DNA of 64,000 bases from Eledone cirrhosa (lineage: Eukaryota): the NCBI GenBank assembly GCA_964016885.1, contig OZ024741.1:306900001-306964000 (forward strand), read 5' to 3'. Both the position numbers and the translations under genes were made by a program. Each line of letters opens with the position of its first letter. The first letter of the stretch is position 1. A model generated the notes under the pieces. The model was not told the origin of the DNA and searched no databases. It saw only the letters and a program-made list of their open reading frames with translations. Below are positions 55,762 through 64,000 of the stretch, piece after piece.

Positions 55762-58700
55762 GTCGTGTTAATAAGTTTTTTTTTTTTTTTTTAATGACCA
55801 TGCTGTAAAATGGAGGGGTAGAGAGGGCCCTTGAGTTTAGTAAGACATCCTCTCTCGTGCTGGTGGCACAAATAAAAGCACCCAGTCCATGCTGTAAAGT
55901 GGCGCTGGTGTTAGGAAGGGCATCCAACCAGTGTATCAATGCCAAAACGCTTATCAGCACAGCAACAAATAGGAACAACAACAAAATATGAAGACGTCGC
56001 ATCTCAGAGTTGCAACACTTAATGTTGGCACTCTCAGAGGTAGATCTGCTGAAATAGCGGAGATGCTGGAGAGAAGGCATCTGGATGTGTGCTGCGTGCT
56101 GCGTGCAAGAGGTGAGATGGAGAGGTGCTTCTGCGAGACTAGTCGTAGGCAAACGTTAGCTATAAGCTATTCTGGGTAGGTAAGGATGGTGGGTTAGGGG
56201 GAGTAGGCATTTTCCTGGCTGAGAAATGGATCAATAAGACAATAGAGGTAGTTCGAGTTAGTAATCGAATAATTAAGCTTAGATTAGTTGTAGGCAGAAG
56301 ACTACTGACAATCATCTCAGCCTATGCTCCCCAAGCAGGCCTAGGCAAAGATGAGAAAGACTGCTTTTACGAGCAACTTTTACAAACAACCGCAATGACA
56401 GAGGACGGAGACATCGTTATGCTAGCAGGAGACTTCAATGGTCATGTTGGACAGCTCCAGGGTGGTTACAGTGGGGTACATGGTGGGCACGATTATGGCT
56501 CAAGAAATGAAGAAGGAGTGAGACTTCTTGAATTTTGTGATGCAGGTACATTGACTATTTGCAACACAAACTTCCAGAAACCTGCCAATCACCTAATAAC
56601 CTACAAATCTGGTGAGCACATAAGCCAGATTGACTTCTTACTAGTTAGGGAGTGGGACAGGCAGATAGTGTCTAATACCAAGGCATACCCTGGAGAAGAA
56701 TGTACCCCACAGCATAGGTTAGTCGTTAGTGATATCTCAGTAAGCAAGAGATGGAATGAGACATACAGGAAGGTGTGGAGAAGAAAGGTCTGGAAGCTAA
56801 AAGACCTTTCACTAAAATACAAATTTAGGAAAGCCCTTCAAGATGTGTATGACGTAAAAGAAGACGATTTAGAGACGTATGACATAGATAATAACTGGAA
56901 TTTCTTACGTGACAACTTGGTGCAGGCTACTGATGAAACTTGTGGCTGGAGCAGAGCTCCAACCAGACAGAGAGTGACCTAGTGGTGGAACAGCACAGTA
57001 AATAAGGCCATTAGAGACAAAAGACTAGCATGGAAGGCTTGGAAAAAGGGTCGGAGTAGGGAAGAATATACAGCCACTAAGAGAGAAGCTAGAAGTCAGG
57101 TGTACTTAGCACGCAGGGAGGCGGAGAGTAAGAGGTTTGCCAATGTTCTGCGACGGGAAGATCAGAGGCGTGCGGTGTTCCTCATTGCAAGGCAGTGTGT
57201 CAATGCAAATCAGGATGTTGTTGGAGATAAATGTGTCCGGGATGATGCCGGTATACTTAGTGTAACGAATGATTAGAAAAAGGAGGCCTGGAAATGTCAT
57301 TATGAGAGACTGATGAATGTGTAGAACGAATGGGAGAGAGAGAAAGAACGAATGGGAGAGAGAGAAAGAACGAATGGGAGAGAGAGAAATTACCCTTGGT
57401 AGATCCGACAAAGGGACCAGCTATTGAGATTGACGAATATAGGGTCCATGAAGCGATTAGGGAAATGAAAAATGGTATGGCTGCTGGACCATCGGGAATA
57501 GTTGCTGAGATGCTGAAGGCATCAGGGGACGTAGGCACTAAACTGGTTGCACGCATCATCAATCAGGCTATATATGGTGGTGTCATACCCAAAGACTGGT
57601 GCAGCAGTATTCTCATAAATTGCTACAAAGGTAAAGGGGATGCTCTGGTGAGGAGCAATTATAGGGGTATAAAACTGATGGATGAGGTTATGAAAGTGGC
57701 AGAAAGGATATTAGCACAACTAATTAGAGAAAGGGTCAAACTAGATGAGATGCAGTTTGGTTTTGTGCCTGGGAAGAGTACAACAGATGCCCTCTTCTTG
57801 GTGAGACTATTGCAAGAGAGGTTCTTAGAGAAAAATAAGCCACTATACTTAGCGTTTGTTGAACTAGAGAAGGCCTTTGATAGGGTACTCCGATCTGTCA
57901 TCTGGTGGTCCCTAAGGAAGCTAGGTGTTGAGGAATGGCTTGTGAGGATAGTGCAAACTTTGTACAGAGGTACTCTCAGTAAAGTCAGGGTAGGAATGGA
58001 GTTTAGTGAGGAATTCCAGATACAAGTAGGAGTACATCAAGGTTTGGTCCTCAGTCCGCTCTTGTTCATTATAGTCCTCAAAGCCATAACAGAGGAGTTT
58101 AAGACTGGCTGTCCATGGGAACTTCTCTATGCTGACGATCTGGTTCTTATAGCAGAATCAGTAGAGGAGCTAGAGAATAAATTCTGGCTATGGAAACAGC
58201 AGTTGGAAGCAAGAGGGCGGTGAGTGAACCTAGCTAAGACAAAGGTGTTGATGAGTAGAAAAGAGGACAAAACTCTGATTCTGTCAGGGAAATGGCCATG
58301 TTCGATATGCAGAAAAGGAACTGGCATAAATTCTATAAATTGCACACAATGCAGATCCTGGGTACACAAGAGATGTAGCGGGATAGCAGGCAAACTAACA
58401 GGTAGGGAGAAATATGTATGCAGGGAAATTAGACAGTAGAAGTCGCATTGATAGACACATTTTTCAAATGCAGGAGGGCGCTATAGAAGTGGTGCATAGC
58501 TTCCGGTACCTAGGAGATTGGATTAGCATGGGAGGAGCGTGTTCCGCGGCCATAGTATCTAGAATAAGAACGGGTTGGAAGAAGTTTAGGGAGCTGCTTC
58601 CTCTGTTGACGAAGAAGGGTTTCTCCCTGCGTACGAAAGGCCGGTTGTATGATCCCTGTGTGAGGAGCGCGATGCTGCATGGTAGTGAGACATGGGCAGC

Positions 58701-59110
58701 AACTGCAGAGGATATGCGATGGCTGGAGAGAAATGAGGCAAGCATGCTCCGTTGGATGTGCAGTGTAAATGTGCGTGAACGACCCAGCATAAATCTGTTG
58801 AGAGAGAAACTGTGTCTGAGAGGGATAGAATGTAGTTTACGGGAGAGGAGACTGAGGTAGTATGGACATGTGATGCACCTGGAGGATGACCGATGGGTGA
58901 AGAAGTGCCAGGAAATGCCAGTTTAAGGAAGACGTGGTAGAGGTAGACCACGAAAAACATGGGCGGAGGTGGTGAGAACAGACCTCAGATCATTGAAGCT
59001 CACAGTGGAGATGACGAATGACCGTGACAAGTGGAGAGATGCTGTGCTGAATAAGACCCGTCCCACCCTTGCAAGCAGGGAAAAGCGGACGTAAAATGAT
59101 GATGATGATG
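55762..59110 (+). mobile_element. Full-length RTE LINE subfamily A with stops and frameshifts
   Basis: ATG 55988 MKTSHLRVATLNVG, APE, RT YADDL, PHD-like insert, C-terminus, GAT tail; 22-bp triplication 57324-57389. Confidence 0.93.
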
Positions 59111-59149
59111 ATATATATTTATATATATATATTCATACATACATATATA

Positions 59150-59219
<70 letters not shown>

Positions 59220-59227
59220 CATACATA

Positions 59228-59607
59228 CATCATCATCATCATCATCATCATCATCACCATTTTACGTCCTTTCTTTCACGCTAGCATGAGTTAGACGGGT
59301 TGTCCTGTTGTGGGCAGTGTCCGGTCGTCTGACCATGTCTTGCTCATACGGAAACTGATTCTGGCTTGATTTCTACAGCTGGATGCCTTTCCTAACACCA
59401 ACCTCATTTACAGAGAGTGCTGGGTGTTATTTTTCCGTGGCGCCTACACGTCCACTTTACAGTGTGGGCTGGGTGCTTTTTTGCTGTGGCACCTCCACAA
59501 TCACTTTGCAGTGGAATGATAGGAACCTCAGTCCTATCATCTCACTTCTACAGCTGAGCAAACTGGGGCAATGTGAAATAAAGTGTCTTGCTCAAGGAAA
59601 CAACACA
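59228..59607 (-). mobile_element. SINE body and RTE-type tail
   Basis: CAT tail, cctaacaccaacc, aagtgtcttgctcaagg. Confidence 0.8.
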
Positions 59608-59664
59608 AGTGTATATAAATATATATACACACACATACACACTAAGATATAGACATGTTAGAAA

Positions 59665-60030
59665 CATCAACATTCATTATCATCATTTTTATGTCTGTTT
59701 TCCCCACACTTGCATGGGTTGGACGGATACTTTTCAGCACAGCACCTCTCACCTTGTCATGTTCATTTATCATCTCCTCAGCAAGTCTCAGCTCTCCCTA
59801 CCTCTACTACAGCTTCCTTCCACTGGGATTTCCTGGCACTTCTTCACTCAGCAATCATCATCCATGCACATACCAACTCCGTCTTCTCACTTGCACACCA
59901 TTTCCGATTCCTCTTAAACCCAGTTTCTCTCTCAATTCATCCAAGCTCTGCTCTCCTTTCACATTTACATTGCACATCCAACGAAGCATGGTTGCTTTGT
60001 TTCTCTCCAGCCTACACATCCTCTGCAGTT
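59665..60030 (-). mobile_element. Old RTE 3' fragment
   Basis: Diverged RLERNKATMLRWMC and 3' end. Confidence 0.7.
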
Positions 60031-60882
60031 GTAAAGTCTGCTAAATTTTATTAGCTGTTAAACTGCTTTTTTTCTGTTAATACCCACCCCCACCCCACCC
60101 CCCAAAAAGTAACTTCAAAATAGCTACAAACATTACATACACATTTGTGTGAGTGTGTGTGTGTGTGTATATATATATACATATTAATTAGTAGTAGCCC
60201 TATTTTATGAACATATTATTTTACCTCAATGCCGAATGAGTAAATGTCACTAAAGATGGATAAAGATCTTGAAATGCAAGTATTTGGCATTCGCACATGG
60301 TTACTGAAGTAGCTGAGATATGACCACACCTTAAAATACCCACAACAACATTTATGTATGTTTATTATACATGTGTATATACTTCCATATACATTACATA
60401 ACCATGACATACCTAAAAAGTTCACCTTGCAATCAAGTATCTTGGGTAATCAATCTCATTGTGTGAGACCTTGAACAAGTGTCACCTATCATAGTCGATT
60501 AATCCAAACCTAGTGTATAAGACTATCAGATGGACAGTACTTGTTCATAGATTTATTTTATCACTGTTTAACACCACAATCTGGTATCTTAAAGCATGAT
60601 TAGCAAAGTCCACTTTGTTGCAAGAATTTGAACCATGCGGTTGATGATAAATCAATATTTTTTTGGAAACCATTTCTGGTTTCTTTTTGCCTTTCCCTTC
60701 CTTCAACTTACAAGAAAAATTTTTTTTTTTAAATGGCCATATTGCAAATGAGGGTAGCAAATTGGCAGAACCTGTAAAGTGTCAGTCAAAATGTCATGTG
60801 TTTTTATGTTCTGAATTCAAAGCCCACTGAGTCTAACGTTGATCCTTCTGGAGTTGACAAAATAAAATACTAAATAAATAAT

Positions 60883-61068
60883 TGTTTCTACTTTAGGCAC
60901 AAGGCCAGCAATTACCCAGTGCATTACTGGTACTTTATTTTATCGACCCCGTAAGGATGAAAGGCAAAGTCAACCTCGGCGGGATTTGAACTCAGATCAT
61001 AAAGGGACGTAACTATGCTGGAAAGCATGGCGTCCGACCCTCTACCGATACTGCCAATCCACCGCCCT
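60883..61068 (-). mobile_element. SINE with 16-bp TSD, nested in an older related SINE
   Basis: TSD atactaaataaataat at 60867-60882 and 61069-61084; B-box-like gagttcaaatcccgccgagg on minus. Confidence 0.8.
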
Positions 61069-61741
61069 ATACTAAATAAATAATGGAAGATTGATTTAAT
61101 CAACTGTCAATATGTACCAATGTGTAATGGATTAGTGCTGTACATTAGAGACCAGCATTTATTGGTCAAGTAAAAGCAAGTGTTTATATAGACAGCTAAA
61201 TAAGTTATTATGTGTAATACTGTGTAACAAAATTGGAATGGTCATGTTTGAAGTCATTTGTAACCAACTTCCTTTTTTCCAGATAGTTATCCTTTTTAAT
61301 CGGGTGGGTGTTTTGGAGAGAAAGTGTGACTGATAGCAAGTATTCAGCCTCTGGTTTAAATATTCCTTCCTCCCTCCGACCCTCCAATCTTTGAGATCTT
61401 AAAAATAATCATACAACACTACTGTTTTAAATAAGCAGAGACTAAGATACAACAGTTGAAAAAAATAAAAAAAGCTGAGATGATCATAGATAGATTTGCT
61501 GAAACAGAGCTGACCCGAAGCTAAAGAACCCAAATGACTTAAAAGCTGTTTTGATAACTGAAACTGAATTGTGAACTATTCACCAAAACCTAATCATAAT
61601 TTATCACCAGAACACGTGCATTTTATTGTGGTACCAAACACTACCATTTTACAGTTGTGTTGATGTCACAATAAAATGCACTTAGTCCACTCTGTAAAAA
61701 GGTAGTGTAGGTGTCTCAAAATAAAGTGCACCCAGTCCACT

Positions 61742-63210
61742 CTGTAAAGCGGTAGTGCTGGTGCCAGGATAAAAAGCACCTAGACCAACCACCTTGACAA
61801 GTGGTAGTGGCAGTGCTGCAAAATGTACCTGGTACATGCCGTGAAGCAGTAGTGCTGGTGCCATGATAAAAAGCACCTAGACCAACCACCTTGACATCGT
61901 GGTAGTGGCAGTGCTGCAAAATGTACCTGGTACATGCCGTGTAGCAGTAGTGCTGGTGCCATGATATAAAGCACCTAGACCAACCACACTGACAAGTGGT
62001 AGTGGCAGTGCTGCAAAATGTACCTGGTACATGCCGTGAAGCGGTAGTGCTGGTGCCATGATATAAAGCACCTAGACCAACCACACTGACAAGTGGTAGT
62101 GGCAGTGCTGCAAAATGTACCTGGTACATGCCGTGAAGCAGTAGTGCTGGTGCCATGATATAAAGCACCTAGACCAACCACACTGACAAGTGGTAGTGGC
62201 AGTGCTGCAAAATGTACCTGGTACATGCCGTGAAGCAGTAGTGTTGGTGCCATGATAAAAAGCACCTAGACCAATCACCTTGACAAGTGGTAGTGGCAGT
62301 GCTGCAAAATGTACCTGGTACATGCCGTGTAGCAGTAGTGCTGGTGCCATGATATAAAGCACCTAGACCAACCACACTGACAAGTGGTAGTGGCAGTGCT
62401 GCAAAATGTACCTGGTACATGCCGTGAAGCAGTAGTGCTGGTGCCATGATATAAAGCACCTAGACCAACCACACTGACAAGTGGTAGTGGCAGTGCTGCA
62501 AAATGTACCTGGTACATGCCGTGTAGCAGTAGTGCTGGTGCCATGATATAAAGCACCTAGACCAACCACACTGACAAGTGGTAGTGGCAGTGCTGCAAAA
62601 TGTACTTGGTACATGCCGTGAAGCAGGAGTGCTGGTGCCATGATATAAAGCACCTAGACCAACCACACTGACAAGTGGTAGTGGCAGTGCTGCAAAATGT
62701 ACCTGGTACATGCCGTGTAGCAGTAGTGCTGGTGCCATGATATAAAGCACCTAGACCAACCACACTGACAAGTGGTAGTGGCAGTGCTGCAAAATGTACC
62801 TGGTACATGCCGTGTAGCAGTAGTGCTGGTGCCATGATATAAAGCACCTAGACCAACCACACTGACAAGTGGTAGTGGCAGTGCTGCAAAATGTACCTGG
62901 TACATGCCGTGAAGCGGTAGTGCTGGTGCCATGATATAAAGCACCTAGACCAACCACCTTGACATCGTGGTAGTGGCAGTGCTGCAAAATGTACCTGGTA
63001 CATGCCGTGTAGCAGTAGTGCTGGTGCCATGATAAAAAGCACCTAGACCAACCACCTTGACAAGTGGTAGTGGCAGTGCTGCAAAATGTACCTGGTACAT
63101 GCCGTGAAGCGGTAGTGCTGGTGCCATGATATAAAGCACCTAGACCAACCACCTTGACATCGTGGTAGTGGCAGTGCTGCAAAATGTACCTGGTACATGC
63201 CGTGAAGCAG
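61742..63210 (+). repeat. Tandem satellite of about 15 units of 97-98 bp
   Basis: Unit gtgctggtgccatgatataaagcacctagaccaaccacactgacaagtggtagtggcagtgctgcaaaatgtacctggtacatgccgtgaagcagta. Confidence 0.95.
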
Positions 63211-63584
63211 TTGGTATTAAGAGGAGCATCCAAATGTGGAAACCACACCAGAAAGGAATGTGAGTGAAGCATGGTCATCTGACCTGCTTAGCCTCAATAT
63301 GACAACCTGTCTAACGCATGCAAACAGAAAATATGTGTGATGATGATGATGAACATAAGCACAGGGTCATACTTTTTCAGAAGAGGAGTACAGCTGATAC
63401 AAATGAAACGCTGTACTTAACTGGTATATATTTATATATATATATTTACATACATATATATATATATTTACATACATATATTTATATATATATATATATA
63501 TACACACATCATCATCTTCGTTTAACATCCACTTTCCACGCTAGCATGGGTTATATACATATATTATACATACATACATATATT

Positions 63585-63676
<92 letters not shown>

Positions 63677-63800
63677 GTAGGAGGTGAGTTTTATTGTAGC
63701 GCAATAAAACAATGCAAATACCGGATAAGTAGCACTCTACAGTTTGTAGGACTGGAGTATAAATAATATAAGATCAAATGATGGTTAAAAGAGTTCCAAG

Positions 63801-63871
63801 TATTTTATTATGCGCATTTCAAAAACAAATATCGTCATGGGATGATATCTGCGTTCTCATCAGATAAAATA
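63801..63871 (-). ncRNA. Type I hammerhead ribozyme, same family as 38115
   Basis: Minus strand: tattttat CTGATGA gaacgcagatatc..gatatttgttttt GAAA tgcgca TA ataaaata; downstream ggaactcttttaaccat matches 38188-38204. Confidence 0.85.
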
Positions 63872-64000
63872 GGGATACATGATATGAAGCTAAAAAAACA
63901 CTTGTGAATAGTGAAGTTTTAAATCAACATATGAAAAATAAATTAAGATTGATGTATGAGATAGGGAAAAAGTGAGGGTTGGGTGGAAAAGGTAAGGAAG

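Noticed and set aside
60600-60706. Possible short terminal host exon on minus (EGRERQKE..WFKFLQQSGLC*)
   Set aside because: Only ~35 codons, weak acceptor and no recognisable homology; would need RNA-seq or BLASTx
61682-63278. Repeated 64/96-aa ORFs; CRISPR-like periodicity
   Set aside because: Frame cycling through a 97-bp satellite; no variable spacers and no cas genes; eukaryotic context

Overview
AT-rich eukaryotic DNA consisting almost entirely of repeats. The SINE and RTE families and the (TA)n density resemble a coleoid cephalopod, probably an octopod (inference). No host gene is supported, and most long ORFs in the track are translations of (TA)n or (TG)n. The window is a nest of mobile elements inserted into TA-rich microsatellites: about a dozen RTE-clade LINE copies or fragments whose RT carries an inserted PHD-like finger; a GC-rich RTE with both ends and a 22-bp TSD; R4/Dong-like and CR1-like retrotransposons; Penelope-like GIY-YIG remnants; four Helitrons; tRNA-SINEs; and a 97-bp satellite built from the RTE/SINE 3' tail. 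The main unannotated signal is a dense set of minimal type-I hammerhead ribozyme (HHR) motifs, read by eye: about 15-20 motifs in at least 7 sequence families. They occur as a duplicated tandem dimer with 339-nt spacing (retrozyme-like), as fold-back palindromes with one HHR in each arm, and at the 3' end of a Penelope GIY-YIG element. Several carry non-canonical cores (U3-A8, GCAA, U4C).
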